From Nageia nagi (Eukaryota; Plantae; Pinophyta), in NCBI GenBank assembly GCA_050084985.1, contig JBITNC010000001.1:134974001-135038000 (forward strand): DNA of 64,000 nucleotides, given 5' to 3'. The position numbers were made by a program, and so were the translations under genes. Position 1 is the first letter of the stretch, and each line of letters starts with the position of its first letter. The notes below the pieces were generated by a model. The model ran no database searches. It had not been told where the DNA came from and saw nothing but the letters and a program-made list of their open reading frames with translations. Below, piece by piece: positions 13,297 to 24,894 of this stretch.

Positions 13297-14820
13297 TATA
13301 ATGTACCTTTCTAGATTTTATCCAATTTAGCATTCAATTCCACACTTAACCACGAATTAGGGCATCAAAGAACAAGCTCAATAACCATCGAAATGATGCG
13401 CTCAAACTGGAATATAACAGCAGTAGCTAGAAGCTCATAGAACATGCAATTATGACCAAAACTAGGGCATAGATCAGATCTGTAACATAACAGAAATATA
13501 GTTCCCAAAGTACTCAATTCGCATACATTCCCATGCATAAAGAAGATAGACGCATAGAAGAAATATATAGCAACATTCATTCACATTCGAGATGCAATAT
13601 GAGAGCCAATATAATCAACAATGAACCAAGAATAAGTATAGGGCTGTTACAAGCCTGTTACAAGTTCTAGGGCAAAGCCTAAGACTGTGCACTATTCCCA
13701 AGTGCTCCCAAGTGATGCGCATGTTTCCCAAGGCCCCACAAGGGTGGCGCATGTCTCCAAGAGCCTCCAAATGTGCAACGTTAGTCTCCAAGGTCTCCAA
13801 GAGAGTGATGCAAGTCTTCTTGAAGCCTTCAAATGTATAGAAATGCGAATAAGCCATTTCTAGGCTAATGAGCAGCCCTTAGCCCTAGAAGGTGGAGAAG
13901 GGAAGCATCCCTAAGCTCCGAATGATCAAAGATCGAATGCACAAGATGATGTCTTCAAATGACCAAATGCCTTGCCTTTATAGCATTCCAACTTGTCAAT
14001 ATTCCCTCCTAAGCTGGCCAACTTGTCAAGGAGCAATAATTAATTATTAAATGTGCATTAAGTCTCCCCTTCATGGCCGACTTGGTCAAGGAGGATCTTG
14101 CATATTAAATGGTCCTTTTGCTTAGCCAAATAAACACCAAATATGCCCTTAATTTGGGCACATGCCTCTTAGGCACAAATTTAAATTGAATAATAACAAA
14201 ATACTCCCAAGCTAAGTGCTAAAGACCACAATGAATAGGCATGAAGGGGAGATGTCTTAATGTCCCAAATTGGGGATATTAGATGCCCACCCTCCTCAAA
14301 TTGCTTACCCACAAGCAATTCTAAACGCATCCCAAAATGATGCTTGTGTCTTTGCCTTGTTTTCAAGCTTGCCAAGTGATGCTTGACCCCATATTGGTTC
14401 TTCAAATGTGCCAACAATCTATCCAAGTACTCTTCAAAATAGTCCTTTGATGATGTCAAGAGTATGCAATCATGGAGGCGGCTGTCCCAAAATGTAGTAG
14501 CAAGAGGTGTTGTTGATGATGTATACCTATCCAACCACCAATCCTGTGTCATGTACCAAACCTGATCACAAAGCTTTGCTATCTAAAAAATGTAAGAAAT
14601 CATAGCTATTGCATAAGTGTAGATGTGGTTCAAATGCTTGCCAAGTGCACCTTCTTTACTTGATCTTGTTGCTATGTCTTTAGTGCTTATTGAACTGAAC
14701 TTGATAGGGCTGTTCCCAACCAAGATAAGGTGCAAATAAATCAATAGTGGACTGATTTTTGAGTCCACAAACTCTATCTTTCTAACCATAGCAATATTCA
14801 AATCAATCTTTAGGGCTGAG
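13297..14820 (-). mobile_element. 3' LTR (13297-14283), PPT and short 3' internal remnant of another Ty3/gypsy element
   Basis: Decayed inverted termini tataatgtacc...ggggatattaga. Adjacent tgcccaccctcctc is a reverse PPT. Pol-end-like peptide LLVGKQFEEGG in ORF 14181-14552. It interrupts the TatII integrase. Confidence 0.7.
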
Positions 14821-16969
14821 TGTTGAACTATGCGTGACACTGAAAGAGGGGGTGAATCAGTGTTTCAATTTTAAAACTTTAAATCTGGAAACTTTAAATA
14901 GTGCAGTAGAGAAATAAAACCAAATAGAGCAAGCACACCAAGATAGCAAACACACAACACAAGATATAACGAGGTTCACCAATGTGGCTACATCCCCGAA
15001 AAAGATTGCTTGGACTTCAATCCAAATCCAGCCATTGTAAAGCACCAACTTTACACATAATTTATCAGCACCAACTAAAAGGAGCACCAACCCCTAAGCT
15101 TTGCAGCACCCACTGCAAGGAGCACCAACTCCACTTGCCAAGCACCCACTTGACAGATTTAATAAGATGGAATGAAAGATTGATAACCAGTTACCCAAGA
15201 CCCGGAATGGTCTAGCTCAAAACTTTTCTCACAAAATACAATCTGAATCATATTCTATTTTCTTTATGCTCATGCCAATAGCTCTCCATTCATCTGTAAT
15301 CTGAAACCCCTTTTAATTCATACACATTTGCTTTGGATTCCTGTCTACTGAAAAACGCTCAAAATCGGATCAAGAAACTGTTGCTCATATCACTGAAAGG
15401 GCTGCCGTTATTTTTCACCAAGAAAACTCCTCATATTCTGAATCAAAACTGATATAATTTCTCACAAACATCTAGAACTTTCAACACTTATAGAATTATC
15501 AAGAAAACATTCATTTTTGAGATATCCGTTACTCACATGCTTCACACACCTCTCAATAACAAATTACACTGCCAAAACACAAACCCAGAAAAATCCGAAT
15601 TTATTCGAACTGGTTGAAGATAATACCTCGAATGCACTCAGAATGCGTGTTCCATGATCGTACGGCACAAAATGGTATGACGAATTTCACATAGATGCCG
15701 AAATACCTTTCAAAGCTCGAATCTGTCTTTTTATCTTCTCCTCTCTTGGTTTTTTTTTTTTTTTAAAATGTCTTATGATAAAAGAACTCTTGAGCCTTAA
15801 ATAGAAGTGCGATAACTGAGATATAAAATAAAAGGAAAGAGCATTTTTTCAAACCATACACACTATTCCTTTTTGCTTGTCACTTAAAACCATTGTCGGC
15901 CAAAACTGAAAAATTTAGAAAAAATAGCTCTAACGGCTTTTTCGATGAGCTATAACTTCTTATTGAGTGCACGGTTTAACATGAAATTTGGACCACGTGT
16001 TCTTCATATAACAAACTACATTCTATCCAAATTTGAAGCTTTAACTCCTCATAGTTTGCACACAACACTTTTTGCAAAGTGGCCTCCGACACAGATTTCA
16101 CAGGTATTTTGTTATGCTTGGATTTGTGCAAGTTATAGGTTCTCATAGTTCGAGGCCTCAAATCAAGATGGTTCAAAAGACAAAGTTGTTCATCTCATCA
16201 AGTTATACGTGTACAAACTTTGAAATTCTAAATTTGAAGACTTTTAGAGCTCAAAACAACCAACCTACTATTTCCAAAATTTATGCTCAAACAGTCAAAA
16301 AGTTACGTAGTGGCATTTTGCAGCTTGTACCATTTCTTTCTCGATTATCATCTTGCTATGAAATTTGGACCACACCTTCTTGGTATATAGTACTATATAT
16401 GATTTAAATTTCAACCTCTGATTCATCACCGTTTGCTTGCAATTCAAATTGTACGAAGCCAATTTTACACAAATTTCTGACTGCACCATAATCCACAAGA
16501 GTGCCCAAAACTGAACCAACATGAAATTTGACCGTTCCAACGCTTCACACAAGTTTGTTATCAACCCAACAACTGATCCAAACCATCTCTCGTTGTCCGT
16601 CACCTTCCATTTGTAATTTGGCCCTCATGACAACTTTTGGTACCTCATGACAACTTTTGGTCCCTTTATCGTTTTTGCATCCGACAACTTTGTAGATCTT
16701 GTCGATGTTATTTTTTTGACATGTGCAACCATATGAACCTTATGCACACTGATCTCATCGTGTTGACAACAATGACAACACTGCTGCACCACACTCAACA
16801 CTGAGCTGTACTTATCAAGGTCATAGAGAAATAATGGCAAACTTGTACTTTGCTTGGCAGTATCAAGATCTATACATGCTGCTGTATGAGTAACCATTGG
16901 CTGGATTCCTTCTTACCGCTGTCCCCTTCTATGAATATCTTGGAGAATGTCAAACAATGTGGTTGTATG
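14821..16969. repeat. Long LTR fragment, probably copia/SIRE-like, interrupted by the LTR at 16970
   Basis: Starts tgttgaac..actgaaagagggggtgaatcagt. Contains clustered agcaccaac motifs at 15041-15150. Homologous to 54315-54700. Confidence 0.65.
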
Positions 16970-19900
16970 TGTTGTGTCTGTACAACACACCCCAAGATGC
17001 AGCATTTTGGGGACCCTATTTTTTGAGATTGGCTTTTGGTGATGGATAGTTCATTAGGAAGAGTGCAAACATGATATCAAGGAGTGATTCAAGGAGATCA
17101 TGTGACGAAAACCCTGAAGAGTATCAAAGTATCCAGCCGCCAATTTTGTAGACAAGGAGCCAGGATCTGAGAGCACGAATTTTTGGCTCTAAAATGAGAT
17201 CAATAGAGATAGGCCATTTTGGTCAATTTTGAGCCCGGAAAAGGCGAGCATAACCAAAAGGTGCGTTTTGGTCACTTTTGAGCCCAGGAAGCTAGAAAAT
17301 AGTCAGTATCATTGAAAAGCACATTTTTGTCAATTTTGAGCCTGGAAGTGGTCAGTATGGTGAAAATGTGCATTTTTGCACAGTTTGAGCTTGATATTCT
17401 CAAAAATGACCAAAAGTGCAAAGTTGAGCTTGAAATGACCAGAAATGCCAGAAAAACACACTGAGCTCGTAAATGATCAAAAGTGCAGAGTTTTAGCTCA
17501 AGTGCTGGAAAGTGTGTTTTGGTCGAGTTCATGTTCGAAAAAGATGGAAATGATTGGGATGATAGGGAATTGATCATGGGTGTTTTGAAATAGCTGATAC
17601 TACTGAAGGTGGTGCACAAAGGCTATTCACGGACGTCGTGAGATAGTTCAATGTGACAGACTATCTATTTTGAAGATTTCAGGACTCCCAACTCCAGGGG
17701 ATGATGTTCATAAGCAGTGAGGATAGAGTTTGATGATAAAGGGAGATGAAGAATACAGTTCCAGACATATTTGGGCTTGGAACTTTTCAATTTCGACCGA
17801 AGGGGATCCCTAGGGGTTGAAATAGAAAAAATAAGAGTTTTGACATCCAAGAAGCCTTGGGTTGAGCCTAGAAAAATGAGTTTTTTCAAAATGCTCGAAA
17901 TGAAAATCCGAGAGAGAGGATTGATGCCAAATGATGAATTAAGGCAACTTTGCTCTTGGAAATTTCGAAAAAAACTCAAGTTTTGCCCTCCGAAATTCTA
18001 GGGGGGAGTTTACCAACTTTTGGCTCCTTTTCATGATTCTCGAAAATGGCTTATCTTTTTCAAAACCAACGCCTCCCTTTTGGAGGCCCAAATTGATTCA
18101 AAAGTGGAATTTTTGAGTGTGGGAGCATGGAGATTGCAATTCTACATCAAATTGGTATTTCAAGTTTGCAATTTCGACAAGATTTGCTTCCTCAAAAATG
18201 GAAAAAACAGGAAAATGAACAAAGAGGAGAAAAGGACAGCCAATAGAAATGCTTCAAATTTTCCAAAATTTCAAAAATGTCAAAATGAAAATCTAAGAGA
18301 AAGGTGTGATGCCAATCCAATTTTAGGCACCTTTGCTCTTGAAAGTTTTGGTAATACACAAAAAATGCCCTCCAAAAAGCTAGGCACAGGTTTGGCATGT
18401 TTTCCCATACTTTTCGAAAATTCGAAAATGGTCTATTTCCTCCAAAACCAGCGCCTACCTTTGCACCCCAAATTTGCTAAAAATTGAAAATTTTGACCTT
18501 AATGAGGTGTAGGATGGGATTTCACACAAGTTTGATGATTTGTGTTTTCCAAAAAGATGAGATTTAGTCTTTCAAAATCATGAAAAATTTATCAGCCAAT
18601 TAGAGAGCTCCAAAATTTTCCAAAGTTGGCCAAATCAAAAAAGAAGAAAGAGGTAGGGTGGCAAATCCAAAGATGAGCAACTTTGCTCTTGGAAGTATTG
18701 AAAAAGCTCAAGATTTGCCCTCCAAAAAGTTAGGGTGGGATTTACCAAGTTTTGGACCTTTTCAAGACTTTCCCAAACATGCCCAAAACCTTGAAAACCT
18801 GCGCCAAGCTTGGGAGCACTCAAAATTGGTCAAAAATCAATTTTTTTGATCTTAAGAGCATGGAAAATTCACTTTTGCACAAGTTTGATGTTATAATTTT
18901 TTTTAAAAAAGTGGATCTACTCTCTCAAAATCATGCAAAATGGATCAGCCAATGGGAGAGCTTGAAATTTTTTCCAAATTTTTCAAAATTGCCAAAATCG
19001 AAATTGGAGAGAAAGGTTGGGTGGCAAATATCAAGATGAGCATCTTTGCTCTTGGAATTCTTAAAAAAACTCAAAATTTGCCCTTTAAAATTCTAGGGGG
19101 GGTTTACTAAGTTTTCCAACCTTTGGCGTCTTTTCTCAACATTGGGTATGAGTAGAAAACTCCAAAAATGCAAAAACACCTTTTGGGGCCTCCAAAATAA
19201 CCCCTCATGAAAAAGCTCCAAATCCAATGCCTAAAAGTTCCAAATCCTCTCAAAACTTCCCAAAAACCTTAAAATCCCATCCTTCATCCATCCATGAGGT
19301 CAAATCCACTTTTAAATTTTTTTCCAAATTTCGGATCCCCGCATCTATTTCGAAAAATAGACCAAAAATTCACTTTTTTTGGAAATTTTTATCAGAATTC
19401 TTTGAAAATTTGCCAGAATGATCATGTAAGAGGAGCTCAAAAGATTGATGAACAGATCCAGAATGACGATTTGAAGCTCCAAATTTTGCCAAATTGATGC
19501 AAAATGTCTCGAAATCCATGCCAAAGGGAATCAATTTTTGTAAATATTTTATTTCAAGCATATTTTAGTGGGATGAGTATTGTTCTCCCATTAAATGATA
19601 TTGTAATCTCAATTGAGCATTTAAATTAGCATTTTAGTGTTTTTCTAAAAGTTAGGGCAACACTTGAAATTTGACCCGATTTTGCCTATAAATAAGAGGC
19701 ATGGGGTCTCATTTTCACTAGAGCTCATTTTGTGAAAAAAGTGAAACTTTTGTAAGATAGGAGCAAATTGATGTATCCTTGCACAACTCTTTTACAAGTT
19801 AATACATAGTGGTTAAGGCAAAGATCGAGCTTGTTTATCCATTTGTGGTGTTGTGAATTGTTTCTTAAGGATTATCATCATTCGTTTGACACTTTCGCGT

Positions 19901-20525
19901 ACTTATTTTGAAAACTCGCAAGTTTTAGGGAACATATCATTGTTTTATCCTTTAAAGTGTTGGAAATCAGTTTTTGATAGTTGCTTGGTTCACAACATGC
20001 ATGTTAAATGAAGTATTCTGAATTTGTTTCCTATTTTATGACATCAAACTGGAGATTTACATCCAAACTCTTGTTCTTCTCATGTTCTTCCACCACGTCC
20101 ATTTGATTGCTCGCAATCGACATTCCTACCCGCTCCTCTTTGGAACAACTCGAACATAGTTGTTTGTTTGCAAAGCTGGATGAATTGGATGAAATCCCTT
20201 AGCTGATCTGAAAAGGATGAACTTTTTAGACAATGCTTTATCGTGGTGATCTGTTCGGTATCTGATCAAGCATCTGTTTCCGTTTCACAAGTGAAGTCTC
20301 TCACTTTCTAGTATTTTATTTATTCTTTCATACTCAAATACAATCGTTAAGTCCACATACAGATATTTCGAATAAATTCTATAAATCAAATAAAAATCGT
20401 TGGTTATCAGACTGCTACCTCTCACTCCATTCCATTGAGGCTGATTTCAAAGAGGGATACCGCACTTTCATTATCTATCCCTATATGTAAAAACACTTGC
20501 CCAAGCACGAGATTTCGCTTGGCAA
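16970..20525 (+). repeat. Long LTR (3'-truncated), same family as 24895-28804, with internal tandem arrays
   Basis: Starts tgttgtgtctgtacaacacaccccaa..ttttggggaccct. Colinear with the 24895 copy at the 5' end and over ~19250-20300. TATA cctataaata at ~19686. Lacks the last ~130 bp and no TSD was found. Confidence 0.85.
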
Positions 20526-20529
20526 ACAT

Positions 20530-21433
20530 ACCTACAACATCAGAATGTTGGAACTAGATGAGGGAAGCATTCCCTTTGATCTTTTTTTAAATAAGGGGTG
20601 ATTTGGTTTTTTGGATTCCCGTTCATCTGCATCTCCTTGCTCCTTAATATATTTTATCACAATCTCTGATGGAACAGGTACACCATTCTTTCCAGGTCAA
20701 GTTCTAATACCTTTTTCATGTATTCCACACAGATGGGCTTTCACCCGAAAATATGAATTAGAATATTGAACTTCACATTGATTGCATTTCCAAATATAAC
20801 CTCCACTACCTGGAACCTGTTGTATCATTTGAACATATTTCCATAGAGGAGAATTTGGATCTATTTTGAAATTAGCTTGATTTGCAGAACTACTTGATGT
20901 TGCCATTGTGTGATTAATGATTCTTATGGCAAGAAAAAAAAATTAAAAAAAAATTCTTTTGAATTTGTCTTTCAACTTCAAGCTTGAAAAAATTAAAACA
21001 AAAAAGAAACATTGGAAGAAAACAGTTGGAAAAAACTTACCTGCAATGAACACTTGCAAATGAGTAGGAATGGCAAGTGGCAACACAATCCTTCAAGCTT
21101 TAGCTGTTCAACACTCTTCAAGACTTCAACAATCACTTAGCACTCTTCAACTCCTTCAAGCTGTTTGCAAAAGAAATGAACAAGAATGAACAAGCATAGA
21201 GGTCTCAAGTGATTTACAGATCACTTTTAGGTTTCCCAAAGGTGAAGTAGGAAAAGTCAGGAAAAAAGAATAAAAAAAGGCAAGACTGATCGGATTTGGG
21301 TGGGTTCTGCCCGGGTTCGTTCACGGCGAACCAGACACCAAAGTCCGGAACCCTGGCCGGACTCGTAGGTGTCGGAACTTGGGGCGAACTGGACCGGTAC
21401 CGATGCCCTGATTGGTCGAACCCGGCTACATAG
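20530..21433 (-). mobile_element. 5' fragment of a hAT DNA transposon with BED zinc-finger transposase N-terminus
   Basis: ORF 20697-20906 has SPLWKYV..WKCNQC..SYFRVKAHL, a BED finger, with a premature TGA where Cys is expected. GC-rich subterminal region 21290-21433 ends in a terminus reading CTATGTAGCCGGG on the minus strand. Possible 5'UTR splice donor (reverse of gcag|gtaag) near 21040. Confidence 0.78.
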
Positions 21434-21559
21434 AAATAATGAGACACATGAATTAATGTCACTAGCATCAAGTTGTAAGATACAATAAATGTCTCTCTTG
21501 ATATGATGCATCCACTATTTGAGGAGGTCTCCATAACAAATTATATTTCCTTGGTCCAG

Positions 21560-22045
21560 GGCCCAGTTTGCTGTAGCATCCACTATCTTGTTTTTCTCGT
21601 GGGGAACATGAAAAAATTCAATTGACCTAAATCTGGTTTGAAGGTTGTGAATCTTTTCTAGTACTCTTTGTAAATGCCAATCTTGAGAAGGGGCCTTAGT
21701 GGGATCTTTCAGCCGATTAATGAGAATTTGGGAGTCTGAATCTACCTATACCGAACTCCAACCTACCCTAGCAACATTTTGAAGACCTCAAAGGATAGCA
21801 TATGCTTCTGCTAGATTATTAGAGATCACACCCAAAGTCCTTGCAAAGATGAAGACAAGATTGCCTTCAGAAAGCCTTCCTATAACCCTAATACTCTCTT
21901 CTTGGATTACTTCTCGAAGCTTCCTCCATGTTAATCTTTCCAACACCATTAGGAGGGATTTTCCAATGACCTTCCCAATGAATAGGAATCCTGTGTTGAA
22001 GATTTCTGTCTCCATTCATCCAAAGAATGATTCATCTTACTGAGA
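21560..22045 (-). mobile_element. L1 LINE 3' remnant (plant L1 RNase H domain)
   Basis: Peptide FARTLGVISNNLAEAYAIL resembles the NN.AE motif of the plant L1 RNase H domain. Confidence 0.55.
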
Positions 22046-22049
22046 ATAT

Positions 22050-24400
22050 TGTTCCACTGTTGGGATGGGCAGGAGGGGGCCTACATTACATGTTGGATTA
22101 ATCGGTTACCATGGTCTTTATATTCTTAATTGGTTACTATGTTTTCCGAATTCCAATAAATCTACTTGCTTCCCTCATAGTGGGGGTGTGAGTGTGGTGG
22201 ATTATGTACTTGTCGACATGTCTTTGATCCCCCATATTTGTGATCTTCATGTCTTCCTCCATCTTCCCTAGGCTGATCATGCAACTTTGACATTGGCTAT
22301 CTACACAACCTCTCTACCCTCTTCCCCCAACCCTCCCAAGAGGTCCTTTGGTAGTCATCTCCCCACAATCCATTTCGATGCGTCGTATGCCAATGATTAT
22401 GCCACCTTCCTCTACTAGATTATAACTGGTTACTCTTCTCTTTATACCACCACTACCAAATGTGGATTTTTATCTTGTATGCTTTGGGAGGCAGCCCTTG
22501 AATCCTTTCCCCAAGAAGAGTGGAAGTCTATGCATTGGAGATTCAGCTTTGTCTTAGCCCATAACCCTCCATCCATATCGTCCACTCAAAAGATATTATC
22601 ATTGTCTTCTTAGATGGAAGAAACACAAGTTTCTTGCGTCTACATGATGTGAGCTCCTTGGCTCTCTCCACCAATCCTGTAAGATCTTTTGGCATATTCT
22701 CCTTCCAAGGAAACCTCCTCCATCAAACATTTATCCTCAAGCATGGTCTCCTATGCTAGTTCTCTTTATGATATCCTTGATTGGTAGGTTCTTTAGGTCT
22801 CTTCAGCTTCCCCCTTCCTATATGTTATTCTTTCCAGGAGATATTGAGATATAAGTTAGATACTAGCAAAGCAACAAATTGTGATGGGCTTCAAGCCCAG
22901 TTTCTCAAATATGGTGTGGACTCGCTTGCCTCTTCCATTGTAGATTTGTTTAATGAGATTGTTTGTTTGAAGTTTCCACCCTCTTCGTTCATCCCATTCA
23001 TAAGTTGGGGGATAGTATATACCTGAACAACTATAGAAATATCATGATTGGGCACACATTTGCTACACTTTATGGAAAAATGTTGGACATGATGTTATTT
23101 GATCACTTGGAGCATGGTAATCATAGGGCACAAGGCAAAGCTAGCTTAAGGAGGGACTTCCAAACCATCGACTGTATCTTCACACTTCAAGCTATCATTG
23201 AGAAGGCTCTTTCAAGGTTTTCTAAAGTATTTTGCTTCTTTGTAAACTTGAGGAAGGCCTTTGACATTGTTCTATTAGTATGGTCATTATTGCCATTAGG
23301 AGGCTCTATGGAATAGTCATTGGTTGACTTAGTACTTCTCATGTACTCTCTAGCTGTGTCAAGATTACCATTGGTGTTAAACAAGGATGGCCTCTCTCGC
23401 CAATTTGAAACCAGCCTCACAGTCATGTGTTTGGAAGGGATATGGATATGCTTCACTTTCCATCATGGAATGCCAATGCTTTTAGATAGACTTTCAGGAT
23501 ATTTCTTCAAAGAAACGACTCTTCAATGCATTCATTAAACCTATAGTTCTTTATGGATAAGAGGTATAGGGCCCTAGTGTAGGGTCTATTTAGTGGGCAC
23601 ATATTGAGAGGGTTCAAACTACTATGTTTCAGCACATGATCCATTTTAAATGAACAATTCCTCATTGCATTATTCAAGGTGAGTTTGTTACTCAACCTCT
23701 TTGTTTAGAGAGTATATTCACATTCACCTTCTATCTTCATAGACTCAAGTTGCTAGATGACTCTACTTCAAGTCTTGAGAGGTACCCACATTTGGCACTA
23801 TGTTCTTCAAAAGAGGATTCCTTCCGTAGGTCTCACCAAGTGTTGATGATGTTGGTATTATGAGGTTAGCTTGCTTCTCCAGTCGATCAACATTTCGATC
23901 GATTGGCTTCCTCCATTCAGATACTCATTGGATGCTCCTCACTTTTTTCCCTTGAAAACTGTGATTAATAGAGCTATCAAAGATGACATTTACCAACAAT
24001 ATATCTTGGTTACTTGGACCTTTCACCCGAGCCTCTTAGCCCCATAGTAGCCTTTCATGCTGAGCATTTCCTACAGATTATTTATTATGAGATTTGGGGT
24101 AGGTACCATTACTTGTATAGGGAATTTGGAGGTTCCTTATTCACCTTATTTTGCTATCCCGATCATAGATGCTTGGGCCTTTTCATCCAAGAGGCTATTT
24201 TATATGCAGATGTAAAACTCAGTAGGAGCCCCCTAGGCCCAATGCTAGGACCACCAGGTTGATCAGCTCCTTTTTCTAGACCATCCTTGATGTTGGAGGC
24301 ACTTAATGCTTCCTAGATAGTGGTGATTTGCATGCTAATGAGGACATGTTGGTGCGATAGTGCATACCTTCTAGAATTCACGTTGTTACTAGTGTACCCC
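22050..24400 (+). mobile_element. Decayed non-LTR retrotransposon (RTE-like LINE)
   Basis: Endonuclease C-terminal motif TCFPHSGGVSVVDYVLV (22065-22271). RT motifs IHKLGD..NNYRNIMIG..TIDCIFTLQAII..FVNLRKAFD (22963-23316). The 3' boundary is approximate. Confidence 0.7.
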
Positions 24401-24894
24401 AATACTCTCCTTTTCATTCTAGATGTTGTTGATCTGCCTTTGCTTGGTGTTGTGGACCATCTAGTTCCTCCCACTTGCACCTCAAGTTAGAGAGACATCC
24501 ACACATCACCAACTTCCTTTCTTCTACAAGAGATCCATCAGCCTTAGATGTTAGGAGGGAGTCTAGGGAGGCCCAATCGGGTCCTCCTAACTCTAAACAA
24601 CCTTCTATGAATGTTATCAGACCTATCATTGAGCACTTCACAATGGTGTCATCACTTCTACCGCTTTAAGCATGTGACAATATTCAATAGCCCCTATTAA
24701 AGTTATCAGATTTATCATTGGCCTTTTTCTAGTGGTGGATTCTACTTTTGTAGTGTCAGATCTTGGGGCTCGTAAACCCTAGCGCTTTTCTATTATCATT
24801 CGATGTACTTTTGAGTCCCATTGACCTATTTTGGTCGTGTGGAAATTATTATATTTTTTTCTTTCAACATCAATGTCTTCATTGGAAAGGTAGG

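Noticed and set aside
17272-19561. Many 60-155 aa ORFs rich in K/F/N
   Set aside because: They are translations of A/T-tract tandem repeats within an LTR.
20697-20906. BED-finger ORF as a domesticated host gene
   Set aside because: It has a premature stop, is truncated by neighbouring LTR sequence, and retains a transposon terminus.
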